This document shows, in pieces, positions 21,535 through 33,354 of a stretch of 33,511 nucleotides of DNA (position 1 is its first letter; every line of letters begins with the position of its first letter). The notes beneath the pieces were generated by a model, which saw nothing but the letters and a program-made list of their open reading frames with translations, searched no databases and was not told the DNA's origin. The position numbers and the translations under genes were made by a program. Origin of the DNA: Nemertoderma westbladi. Its lineage: Eukaryota; Animalia; Xenacoelomorpha. The stretch is from assembly GCA_032718475.1 (NCBI GenBank), contig JAUCBJ010003756.1, positions 1 through 33,511 on the forward strand. Reading direction: 5' to 3'.

Positions 21535-22549
21535 CAAATGAGCAAAGGGCGGGAAATTTAAACCATACAAGGGAATTAAATAATATAAAATAATTAAACT
21601 GATTTTGAAATTGTTTATGATATGAGTTCCTGACTCTACTGTCCCACCCTTGTGTCGGCGTTGGCCAGCAAGATGGACGGCGATGCTTCTGCCCCAACAA
21701 ACACTGGGCGTTTCCGTGCCGATCTCGACCCTCTTATGCACATCGGGGAGGCCCGCAGCAGCGCGAAGCTGAACTGCCTCCGCACCCAGCTCACGCACTC
21801 CGAGTAGCGCAGCTCGCGCCGGTCCGCCAGCTTTGAAGCGAGGTGCTTCACGAACAGCGTCGTGGAGGGAGATATTCCCCCCAATGCTGAGAATATCAGC
21901 GGGGTGAACGTGGCGTGCTCGACTTCCCGGATCCGTTCCAGATATTTATTGCGTTCCCGGGTTTCGTGGAATAGGTGGGCGGCGTCGACGTCCATTGCGG
22001 CGTTGGTCGGGGCGAGGGGGTTGAAGACGGATACATCTATGTACGTCTTTTGATATCGATTCCCCCAAAACCCGGAGACCGACACGTCCAACCGAGCTTG
22101 TTGGTCCACGGAAGTGGACGTGCGGGAGAACTGCTCGCCGGTGATTGGCTGCAGGTGCGGCTCGATGGCAACGTTATGAGCGACCTCGGTTAACGTTGTG
22201 GCGACGAAATCCCGGAGCTCGTTGTGCCTAATTGACGGGTAACCGCCGGTGGGACAAGACAAGATGTGGTTTGTTGAAAATCTTGTCCCACAGGCACAAC
22301 GAGCTGGGAGCGACTCGGGCTGCCACCCATAACGCAGACACAATGCGTCGCGGAACTCCTCTTTAGTTAGGTGGGTATCGTGGAGGGTTATGGGGCGCGC
22401 GTTGAGCCAGGCCGAGGCGCCAGGTTCCGCCACGAGCTCCGTCAACTTCCGTTGATTCTCGGGTAGGTCCGAACTAACCGACTCCACCTTCTCCTTCAGT
22501 GCCGGCACGGCCCTCGCCTTGATCCGGGTGGCGATGAACTTTTGCTTGA
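21535..22549 (-). mobile_element. 5'-truncated CRE-like non-LTR retrotransposon (restriction-like endonuclease type) with 14-bp TSD
   Basis: ACTATCAGTATAGT at 21521-21534 and 22550-22563; GC-rich insert in AT-rich DNA. Confidence 0.85.
21636..22549 (-). CDS. C-terminal CCHC knuckle + RLE (PD-(D/E)xK-type) endonuclease fragment
   Basis: GASAWL...FRDALCLRYG...CACG...HILSC...RHNELRD...EP...RLDV...IDVSV...KY...FTPLIFSALGG; frame is open to the truncation point. Confidence 0.85.
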
Positions 22550-22995
22550 ACTATCAGTATAGTAGATACAAAATATTACCATAGAGTGGGTCCAACTTTC
22601 CTACAACAACTACCTATTAGCTCTAGAAAGAGGACGTTTTGTAATGAACATTATTATTAGCGTATATTACAGTAATATTAAAGTGCCTCATTTTTAGTTT
22701 CAGATATCTTTTTTTTATTTGGCAAGTGATTCGTTTGATTTTTTTGGGCAAGTGACTGCACCCCGCCCCGATGAGACTACATTAATTCAATGACTGCTTA
22801 CTACGTGGGATCATATATATTGAATCTATAACTGAAACGGTAACTGAATTTTATCACGATCAAAACTGTAACTGAAAGTGAAATGTTACACTTTGTAATA
22901 CTGAAACTGTAACTGTAACAGAAATGCAAAACTTTGGATACTGAACTGTAACTGAGATTAGTCAAAATTGATTCAGTTCTCAACACTAAAGACTA

Positions 22996-25900
22996 CAGAT
23001 ACCGTCTGGCTGTGTCAGATACAGCCTGGCCGTGTCAGCTACCGTCTGGCCGTGTCACATACCGCCTGGCCGTGTCAGCTGCCGTCTGACAGTGTCAGCT
23101 ACCGTCTGACAGTGTCAGCTACCGTCTGACAGTGTGAGCTACCGTCTGGCAGTGTCAGCTACCGCCTGGCAGTGTCAGTGTCAGCTACCGTCTGGCAGTG
23201 TCAGCTACCGTCTGGCAGTGACAGCTACCGTCTGGCAGTGTCAGCTACCGTCTGGCAGTGTCAGCTACCGTCTGGCCGTGTCAGCTACCGTCTGACAGTG
23301 TGAGCTACCGTCTGGCAGTGTCAGCTACTGTCTGGCAGTGTCAGCTACCGTCTGGCGTGTCAGCTACCACCTGGCAGTGTCAGCTACCGTCTGGCAGTGT
23401 CAGCTACCGTCTGGCCGTGTCAGCTACCGTCTGGCAGTGACAGCTACCGTCTGGCAGTGTCAGTGTCAGCTACCGTCTGGCAGTGTCAGTGTCAGCTACC
23501 GTCTGGCCGTGTCAGCTACCGTCTGGCCGTGTCAGCTACCGTCTGGCAGTGACAGCTACCGTCTGGCAGTGTCAGCTACCGCCTGGCAGTGTCAGCTACC
23601 GTCTGGCTGTGTCAACGACCGACTGTCCGTGTAAGCTACCGTCTGGCAGTGATAGCTACCGTCTGGCAGTGTCAGTGTCAGCTACCGCCTGGCCGTGTCA
23701 GCTACCGCTGGCCGTGTCAGATACCGCCTGGCCGTGTCAGCTACCGCTGGCCGTGTCAGATACCGCCTGGCCGTGTCAGCTACCGTCTGACAGTGTGAGC
23801 TACCGCGTCTGGCAGTGTCAGCTACCGTCTGGCAGTGTCAGTGTCAGCTACCGTCTGGCAGTGTCAGCTACCGTCTGACAGTGTGAGCTACCGCGTCTGG
23901 CAGTGTCAGCTACCGTCTGGCAGTGTCAGTGTCAGCTACCGTCTGGCAGTGTCAGCTACCGTCTGGCAGTGTCAGTGTCAGCTACCGTCTGGCAGTGTCA
24001 GCTACCGTCTGGCCGTGTCAGCTACCGTCTGGCCGTGTCAGCTACCGTCTGGCAGTGACAGCTACCGTCTGACAGTGTGAGCTACCGTCTGGCAGTGTCA
24101 GCTACCGCCTGGCAGTGTCAGTGTCAGATACCGTCTGGCAGTGTCAGTTACCGCCTGGCAGTGTCAGCAACCGTCTGGCAGTGTCAGCTACCGTCTGGCC
24201 GTGTCAGCTACCGTCTGGCAGTGACAACTACCGTCTGGCAGTGTCAGTGTCAGCTACCGTCTGGCAGTGTCAGCTACCGTCTGGCAGTGTCAGCTACCGT
24301 CTGGCCGTGTCAGCTACCGTCTGGCCGTGTCAGCTACCGTCTGGCAGTGACAGCTACCGTCTGGCAGTGTCAGCTACCGCCTGGCAGTGTCAGCTACCGT
24401 CTGGCCGTGTCAGCTACCGTCTGGCTGTGTCAGCTACCGCCTGGCGATGTCAGCTACCGTCTGGCAGTGACAGCTACCGTCTGGCAGTGTCACCTACCGC
24501 CTGGCAGTGTCAGCTACCGTCTGGCCGTGACAGCTACCGTCTGGCCGTGTCAGCTACCGTCTGGCTGTGTCAGCTACCGCCTGGTTGTGTCAGCTACCGC
24601 CTGGCAGTGTCAGCTACCGTCTGGCCGTGTCAGCTACCGTCTGGCCGTGTCAGCTACCGTCTGGCCGTGTCAGCTACCGTCTGGCTGTGTCAGCTACCGT
24701 CTGATTATGTCGGCTACCGTCTGGCTGTGTCAGCTACCGTCTGGCAGTGTCAGCTATTGTCTGGCTGTGTCAGCTACCGCCTGGTTGTGTCAGCTACCGC
24801 CTGGCCGTGTCAGCTACCGTCTGGCAGTGTCAGCTACCGTCTGGCCGTGTCAGCTACCGTCTGGCTGTGTCAGCTACCGTCTGATTGTGTCGGCTACCGT
24901 CTGGCTGTGTCAGCTACCGTCTGGCAGTGTCAGCTACCGTCTGGCCGTGTCAGCTACCGTCTGGCTGTGTCAGCTACCGTCTGATTGTGTCGGCTAGCGC
25001 CTGGCAGTGTCAGCTACCGCCTGGCAGTGTCAGCTACCGTCTGGCCGTGTCAGTTACCGTCTGGCTGTGTCAGCTACCGCCTGGCCGTGTCAGCTACCGT
25101 CTGGCAGTGTCAGCTACCGCCTGGCAGTGTCAGCTACCGTCTGGCCGTATCAGCTACCGTCTGGCAGTGTCAGCTACCGTCTGGCAGTGTCAGCTACCGT
25201 CTGGCAGTGTCAGCTACCGTCTGGCAGTGTCAGCTACCGTCTGGCAGTGTCAGCTACCGTCTGGCTGTGCCAGCTATTGTCCGGCTGTGTCAGCTACCGC
25301 CTGGTTGTGTCAGCTACCGTCTGGCAGTGTAAGCTACCGTCTGGCAGTGTCAGCTACCGTCTGGCAGTGTCAGCTACCGTCTGGCTGTGTCAGCTATTGT
25401 CTGGCTGTGTCAGCTACCGCCTGATTGCGTCGGCTACCGTCTGGCAGTGTCAGCTACCGCCTGGCAGTGTCAGCTACCGTCTGGCCGTGTCAGCTACCGT
25501 CTGGCTGTGTCAGCTACCGCCTGGCCGTGTCAGCTACCGCCTGGCAGTGTCAGCTACCGTCTGGCCGTGTCAGTGTCAGCTACCGTCTGGCAGTGTCAGC
25601 TACCGTCTGATTGTGTCGGCTACCGTCTTGCAGTGTCAGCTACCGCCTGGCAGTGTCAGTGTCAGCTACCGTCTGGCAGTGTCAGCTACCGTCTGATTGT
25701 GTCGGCTACCGTCTGGCAGTTTCAGCTACCGCCTGGCAGTGTCAGCTACCGTCTGGCCGTGTCAGGTACAGTCTGGCTGTGTCAGCTACCGCCTGGCCGT
25801 GTCAGCTACCGCCTGGCAGTGTCAGCTACCGTATGGCCGTGTCAGCTACAGTCTGGCAGTGTCAGCTACCGTCTGGCAGTGTCAGCTACCGTCTGATTGT

Positions 25901-27506
25901 GTCGGCTACCGTCTGGCAGTTTCAGCTACCGCCTGGCAGTGTCAGCTACCGTCTGTCCGTGTCAGCTACCGTCTGGCTGTGTCAGCTACCGCCTGGCCGT
26001 GTCAGCTACCGCCTGGCAGTGTCAGCTACCGTCTGGCCGTGTCAGTGTCAGCTACCGTCTGGCAGTGTCAGCTACCGTCTGATTGTGTCGGCTACCGTCT
26101 GGCAGTGTCAGCTACCGCCTGGCAGTGTCAGCTACCGTCTGGCCGTGTCAGCTACAGTCTGGCAGTGTCAGCTACCGTCTGGCAGTGTCAGCTACCGTCT
26201 GGCAGTGTCAGCTACCGCCTGGCTGTGTCAGCTACCGTCTGGCCGTGTCAGCTACCGTCTGGCAGTGTCAGCTACCGTCTGGCAGTGTCAGCTACCGTCT
26301 GGCAGTGTCAGCTACCGTCTGGCAGTGTCAGCTACCGTCTGGCAGTGTCAGCTACCGTCTGGCAGTGTCAGCTACCGTCTGGCAGTGTCAGCTACCGCCT
26401 GGCAGTGTCAGCTACCGTCTGGCCGTGTCAGCTACCGTCTGGCAGTGTCAGCTACCGTCTGGCAGTGTCAGCTACCGTCTGGCAGTGTCAGCTACCGTCT
26501 GGCAGTGTCAGCTACCGTCTGGCTGTGTCAGCTATTGTCTGGCTGTGTCAGCTACCGCCTGGCTGTGTCAGCTATTGTCTGGCTGTGTCAGCTACCGCCT
26601 GGTTGTGTCAGCTATTGTCTGGCTGTGTCAGCTACCGCCTGGTTGTGTCAGCTATTGTCTGGCTGTGTCAGCTACCGTCTGACAGTGTGAGCTACCGTCT
26701 GGTTGTGTCAGCTATTGTCTGGCTGTGTCAGCTACCGCCTGGTTGTGTCAGCTATTGTCTGGCTGTGTCAGCTACCGCCTGGTTGTGTCAGCTATTGTCT
26801 GGCTGTGTCAGCTACCGTCTGGCAGTGTCAGCTACCGTCTGGTTGTGTCAGCTATTGTCTGGCTGTGTCAGCTACCGCCTGGTTGTGTCAGCTATTGTCT
26901 GGCTGTGTCAGCTACCGTCTGGCAGTGTCAGCTACCGTCTGGCTGTGTCAGCTATTGTCTGGCTGTGTCAGCTACCGCCTGGCTGTGTCAGCTATTGTCT
27001 GGCTGTGTCAGCTACCGCCTGGTTGTGTCAGCTATTGTCTGGCTGTGTCAGCTACCGCCTGGTTGTGTCAGCTATTGTCTGGCTGTGTCAGCTACCGTCT
27101 GACAGTGTGAGCTACCGTCTGGTTGTGTCAGCTATTGTCTGGCTGTGTCAGCTACCGCCTGGTTGTGTCAGCTACCGCCTGGCTGTGTCAGCTATTGTCT
27201 GGCTGTGTCAGCTACCGCCTGGTTGTGTCAGCTATTGTCTGGCTGTGTCAGCTACCGCCTGGTTGTGTCAGCTATTGTCTGGCTGTGTCAGCTACCGTCT
27301 GACAGTGTGAGCTACCGTCTGGTTGTGTCAGCTATTGTCTGGCTGTGTCAGCTACCGCCTGGTTGTGTCAGCTATTGTCTGGCTGTGTCAGCTACCGTCT
27401 GGCAGTGTCAGCTACCGTCTGGTTGTGTCAGCTATTGTCTGGCTGTGTCAGCTACCGCCTGGCTGTGTCAGCTATTGTCTGGCTGTGTCAGCTACCGTCT
27501 GGCAGT
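22996..27506. repeat. 20-bp satellite (GTGTCAGCTACCGTCTGGCA)n, ~4.5 kb, roughly 220 units
   Basis: Direct inspection; the last unit overlaps the GFUS stop codon. Confidence 0.98.
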
Positions 27507-27875
27507 ATCGTAATTGTCGCTGAACCAACGACAGGTCGTCTGAATTGCCTCCTGTATAGGAGTGAACCGGAAGTTCGGTAAATATCTCCGCAGTTTCCCG
27601 TTATTCGCCGTCTTCCTGAACTGTCCGTCGGCTCTGGACTCGTCGTGTAAAGTCTCTCCGACGAATCCCGTCGCCTTGGCGACCATTTGCGCCGCATCGC
27701 TTATCGATATTTCTTCGGCTTCGTCTACCGATAGAATTATCGGCTCGATCTCGGAGTAACAACGAAGGGCCCAGACGATAAGTCGAGCCAAGTCGATGGA
27801 ATATATAAACTGTCGGAGCGGACGGCCGCTCCCCCATATGGTCAGCGCTGTGTCGTTATGTTGAGCCAAATATAC
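27492..27875 (-). CDS. GFUS: GDP-L-fucose synthase, coding exon 3 (last)
   Basis: Acceptor TTCCAG|GTA; VYLAQ...WGSGRPLRQFIYSIDLA...DGQFRKTANN...FSDNYDTARR*, resembling the TSTA3 C-terminus. Confidence 0.95.
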   Translation of the reverse strand, partial: VYLAQHNDTALTIWGSGRPLRQFIYSIDLARLIVWALRCYSEIEPIILSVDEAEEISISDAAQMVAKATGFVGETLHDESRADGQFRKTANNGKLRRYLPNFRFTPIQEAIQTTCRWFSDNYDTARR

Positions 27876-28677
27876 CTGGAAGGTCAGATAAAGAAGTCAA
27901 ACTCAAAATCATGGCATTACAATAACACAACTAAATTTATTATAAATTTATTTAATATGGCAAATATTTTCAACAGTTACGACCATTCGCAATGATATAG
28001 TTACTCAAATATCTTCATGTCAATAACGATATTATTTTACTATTTTCTGGGGGACACCATTTTGGTGCAAAGTATTACGAATTTATTTTTATGATCTATT
28101 ATAATGCACGATTAAAATGGTGTTTCCAAATCTGAAAACCGCTATTTTATAGCTCTATTAGTTTTCAAGTTATAACAATTTCCATTTAAGGAGACCTATT
28201 GAACTCACTATTACTATGTTACTATGTATATAATGAAAGGTCGATTATCTCCAAATATTTTTTTATGACATTGTCACCTTCAAAACCCTACTAATTCTAC
28301 AATTTTTTAGCAAGAAGTCTGATAATTTCTGTGGGTGTCTAGATAGCCACCCTGCATAAAAGTATCAGACAACTTTTTGAAATTTTTTGTTAATAAAATT
28401 TAATACTATTTATAACAAACCTAAAAAATTAGCATAAATTAGCAGCGCCACCTAGCGGTGCAGAATTATTTTCACAAAATTTCGCCTGATAGTTATGTTG
28501 CCCCATCTTTGATCTATCATATAAAAAAACTTTCTTGTGTTTAGATTCAAAACTGTAAAAACCTTAGGGTTTTTACATTGTTTAACTAGTATTTCTGACC
28601 TGTCGTGTAGAATAGCATCTTTATCTTAGGTAACTAACTATATTCCAAATTCCGTCCAGTCCTTAGTATAATAATTA

Positions 28678-28950
<273 letters not shown>

Positions 28951-29025
28951 TTATATCAGGTTAACATAAACCCTAGTACCGGTGGGTACTACATAAAGTA
29001 TGTTGCAATCAATCAGGGCAATAAT

Positions 29026-30681
29026 CAGTACCGAATTAAGCCTCTGGTGGCCCTAAGGCACATTTTAGTAATTTCCAAAAATGGCCCGAAAATTGATATT
29101 TTTCCGCAAACCCTTTCAAAATAAAAAGCTGCTAATAACAACTGAAATTGTGAAAATGTTGCGAAGGAAATATAAAGTATTTTCGTTGGATGACTGACTG
29201 CGTGCAAATAACTACTAAGTACAGTACTTTAATAATAAGTACTTTGCAAAAATAGTTTTCATCAAGAATTGTAACATTACTAAACGGCATATAAAACCTT
29301 TGCTATAAAAAAGTGTAATGGTTTTGGTAGAATTTCTCAAGCTTTAATTTTTTAATATATTAATGGGACCATTACTGCATTACCCAAAATCTATTTGTTT
29401 AATTTATAAAGCTACTATTCTAAAACTTTAACACAATGATCTGTGATCTTTTATATACTACAGTATGAAAACTGAGTATAGGTAGATTCATAAACCGTTT
29501 GTGCGAAAAATATGGCACTTTTTGAACAGGTCGGTTTTTTCAAAATTAGGTGCAAAAAAATTGTTACAAAATCGGCTCTAGAAGATCCAAATGGCCATGT
29601 TTTACAAAACCAACGATAGTAGTCCTAAAGCTGCTGAACATTTTGGTATATGTTTGATGGCAATTGAGTAAAAAATAAAATAGTAGTAGGGAATTTAGTG
29701 ATGAAAAAAGTCAAAATCGACAAACTGATAAAAAGGTTGTTTTATACAGAGAGTCATAAATATCAGCAATATATTATGTTGTTGAAAAGAGCAGTTTTGA
29801 GGTCAAAAAATAATTCAATGTTGAATACCGATATCACCTTATGAAAGCCCTTCTATCAAAATACAAAAAAATTGTGCAAATTTTAAAAACTTCATTTCTG
29901 TGGTGGTTATAGTTGGCCCCCTTAAGGCTGACTAGGCTCCTGTAGGTATTTAGCAATTTTGATCGGATCGTGGGAATGTGTTATTTATTTTCTGTAGGGT
30001 AGGTTTTGCACGGTATTTATCTTTACAGGACTTGCTGAGAAATATAACACACCAAAAGTGTGGGCTTTGTGCAAAGATATAATATTTCTGATCTAGATTA
30101 GGACTTGCTGAGAAAGAAATGTTCTCCGATAGAAAACAGTCTTGGAAAAAAGTACTCTTTGTCACTAATTTTAATTTACCAAATTCAATTATGCTGCCCA
30201 ATTATGCTTTTAGGTTTTGCAGGAATTGCACCTAAAATGCCATCGATTGCAAAACTCAATACACGAGGGCAGAACATCTGAATTTCGGTTAAATTAAATT
30301 TGTGTCAAGAAGTTAATTCTGACACGTTTACCCGCAAATTCCACGTTCCTCACAAATAAATAAAATTAAATTCTCCATTGTTCATAATTAGCACTTTAAA
30401 GTTTTACTGCCCATGTTTTATTATTTCCCTGCCATCAGGTCTCGAACTAATAACACAGCACCTGTCGGTCGACTGAGCTAGAATTTTGCACTTTCTATCA
30501 GAAATGCTCGAAAGGTGCACTTTCGTGCTCTGTTTTCTATAAATTTTAGTGAGAAAAAATGTGGACTTTTCAGATAAAAATATTTTTTTTCACAAGAATG
30601 ACTCGCTGAGAAAAAATGGCCCGTATTTTCGGCTGGCCCTAAGGCACGTGCCTTATATGCCTTAAGGTTAATCCGGCACTG
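29026..30681. mobile_element. Non-autonomous hAT transposon in GFUS intron 1
   Basis: TIR CAGTACCGAATTAA / TTAATCCGGCACTG (12/14 match); 8-bp TSD GCAATAAT at 29018-29025 and 30682-30689; subterminal GGCCCTAAGGCAC at both ends. Confidence 0.9.
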
Positions 30682-30810
30682 GCAATAATCTTTACCATTG
30701 TAATAAATCTTAAGAAATACAATTAATACAGAAAAATATTGACAATTGAAAAAGAAGTAAGGACGACCAAAATAAAAAAAACGTCAGAAATTTAAAAATC
30801 AGCCTGTCAC

Positions 30811-32640
30811 TAGTATAGTGGCTCATGGAGGCCAACTGAAAAAAATATATGTAGCACCCATGGTCCACACTTATAATTAAGTCATTCCTGGACCATGGAG
30901 GCCACCTATAAAAATATACTTAGCTTCCACGGTTCAAATAATAAACAAGCAACATAATTAATATTGTAGTAATAAATTGTATTGGCACTCAGGGGCCAGT
31001 GTTACATATTACAAGAACATAGGTGGCCCATGGAGGCCAACTCCATAGAAAAGCATTAGTCTTGGCCCATGGAGGCCATCATGGCGGGAATTTTAAAACC
31101 ACAGTAGCTGACTGCACTATACTTTCATTTCTGTCAACCTGTACACTGTACAGGTACAGGCCAGTTTATTAATGGTTAACTATGTTATGTGTGTTTATGT
31201 ACGAACGAGTACCGGTAGTGATTGTGCAGAATCTTTTATGGATAACTGGCAAGAAAATGAAGAATTGTAGGGCCTACGAACGTTTGCGTATACTCGTTAA
31301 ACGTAATTTTAAACGCGCAATATATATATATGTGTGTACCAGTAGTACAGCGTGAACTAAACCTGTTCGTTGACAACTGGAATTCACATCATATACGTTT
31401 ACAAAACATTAAACTACCATCAGCAGGTATCCCTGATCACATGTTCAAGTTTCCTGAGTCTTATGGTGGATCAAATTATGGTCTGCCATTATTAAGCCAA
31501 ACCAATATCAAAAAGGCAGCTGATGAACTTAATATAGCATGTGTTGATAACTATGCCGAAGGATCTCCAGGAAACCTGCAGGATTTGTGTAGGGTGCGAA
31601 CCTATTTCTCTAACTCAGGCAAAACAAAAATATTTGGATCTCCGACGTGCTGTAAAAAGACCTTAAAACGAATTGAAACGTTAAACGATTAATCGATACT
31701 CATTTATTAAATTCGTGGACAGTGACCCGTAGCATGACCCCCAATAAAAACCCATTTCGGATAACTAATAATGTTTCTTTATAGCAATGTAAAAAATATA
31801 CATGATAGATTAATTACTTATGCTCTATTATACAATAATATTATTAATATTTGCTGTAGTATTATTATTATAATATGTTCTTTCTATATAATGTATTTTA
31901 TTTTCAAGTCGGCATGAAATATGCCATGAATGATGAAATAAAGTAAACTCAATAATGAGTTATGGGGTGCTATGTATATATCAACAACACATCATAAAGG
32001 GGGGTCGAGATTTTTTACAAAGATAAATATGCCTTCACAGATTTGACTGACAGACAGACCAACACGAGGTTGAAATAGTAGTTCACATATGCTAAGCTCG
32101 CTTACTTCAGTGGCTCGCCCCACATGTGTTTAACAGTGTGCTTTAAAGTCGAATGATACTTCCGTGAGAGGTAGATGTTACGGTTTTGTACTGGTTGGGA
32201 GAGGGGGAGGGGGGGGGGGGGGGGGGGGGGTAGGTAGGTTCGTTTCACTCTACATTCAATACAAAATTCACCAACCAACTAGTTAACCATTAATAAAACT
32301 GAGCAATAGCTCAGGTACAGGTAGACATAAATGAAAGTATAGTGCAGTCAGCTACTGTGGTTTTAAAATTCCCGTCATGATGGCCTCCATGGGCCAAGCC
32401 CAAGGATAATGCTTTTCTATTGAGTTGGCCTCCATGGGCCACCTATCTGGCCCGTGAGTGCCAATACCATTTATTACTACAATATTAATTATGTTACTTG
32501 TTTATTATTTGAACCGTGGAAGCTAAGTATATTTTTATAGGAGGCCTCCATGGTCCACGAATGACTTAATAATAAGTGTGGACCATGGGTGCCACATAAA
32601 TTTTTTTCAGTTGGCCGCCTCCATGAGCCAACATACAGTA
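30811..32640. mobile_element. DNA transposon derivative with ~330-bp TIRs (possibly IS3EU-like) in GFUS intron 1
   Basis: 30811-31144 is the reverse complement of ~32316-32640; repeated CCATGGAGGCC motifs; internal integrase-like fragment. Confidence 0.82.
31330..31692 (+). pseudogene. Fragment of an integrase-core-type transposase C-terminus
   Basis: PVVQRELNLFVDNWNSHHIR...P.AGIPDHMF.FPESYGG resembles the WNxHxIR...GxP...PExYG motif of eukaryotic IS3/IS481-related integrase-core proteins (recalled from memory, not searched). Confidence 0.6.
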
Positions 32641-32730
32641 GGCCTACACTAGACTGCTAGAGAAGATGCTCCCGGATTATTTTATATTAGATAATTAATA
32701 AAACTTACCTCTACCTGTCTACTGACTGAC

Positions 32731-33088
32731 CTATTGGATATGTTGTGTCGTCTGGGAATATACATGTGCTGAGGCAGGAAACTACTTTCTGTACGTCGTG
32801 GGCGTGACTGCACGAGAGAACGTTGTCATTGATGCGGAAGTTATCGAGGAAGAAGTCGAGATTGTTGGACATGTTGTGGTACAAACCGCCCACGAGGGCG
32901 GCCAGATGTACTACATGAGTGGGTCTGTGAGCGGTAAATATCGACTCGGTCTCCTCTTTGTTACGTAAGTCACCGTCTGTGGAACTAAGGAAGATCCATT
33001 CCTCATCCAGAGGTTTCTCTTCCGCTATAACATGTTGTATCGCCTTGCCAACAAGGCCGCTACCGCCAGTCACTAAAACTCGTGTCAT
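32731..33088 (-). CDS. GFUS: GDP-L-fucose synthase, coding exon 1
   Basis: MTRVLVTGGSGLVG (Rossmann fold)...HLAALVGGL...SCLSTCIFPD..TYPI; donor ATAG|GTCAGT. Exons total 358+203+384=945 nt, i.e. 314 aa. Confidence 0.96.
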
Positions 33089-33354
33089 AGTTATATAAGT
33101 TCAGAGCAATTACGATATCTGGATATTACAGTATTATACGGTAGGCTGGTAGGGGTAGGGTACAGGGTAGGCTTACGGCTTATCGGTAATTATACGGTAG
33201 GACTATCTTACTATTACAATGATTCCGCATTCCTTCCTATTGCTTCGTTACCTGCTACCACACACCACTACTTGACTAACAGACTAACTACCGGTACCGG
33301 TACCACTTTACTTTACCACACAATTCTATATTTTTCAAGTACCGGTACCGGTGT

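Larger units (their letters stand above)
20644..22988. mobile_element. Non-autonomous TIR DNA transposon (hAT-like) with AACTG(T/A)AACTG subterminal repeats
   Basis: 15-bp perfect TIR TAGTGTTGAGAACTG (20644-20658) and CAGTTCTCAACACTA (22974-22988); subterminal repeats at both ends; no TSD found. Confidence 0.7.

Noticed and set aside
23258-27581. Many long + strand ORFs (VSATVWQCQLPSGSVSYRLA repeats)
   Set aside because: Artefact of a 20-bp monomer lacking stops on the + strand; all three frames give the same periodic peptide, starts are non-ATG, and they are antisense to GFUS.
32711-32730. ORF tail GQSVDR of the 125-aa ORF (and [11 protein letters not shown] at 28675-28710)
   Set aside because: Read-through into introns past clear GT donors.
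33119-33250. Possible 5' UTR intron of GFUS (CAG|GTAAC ... TCCAG|)
   Set aside because: Splice-like motifs alone are insufficient without transcript data.
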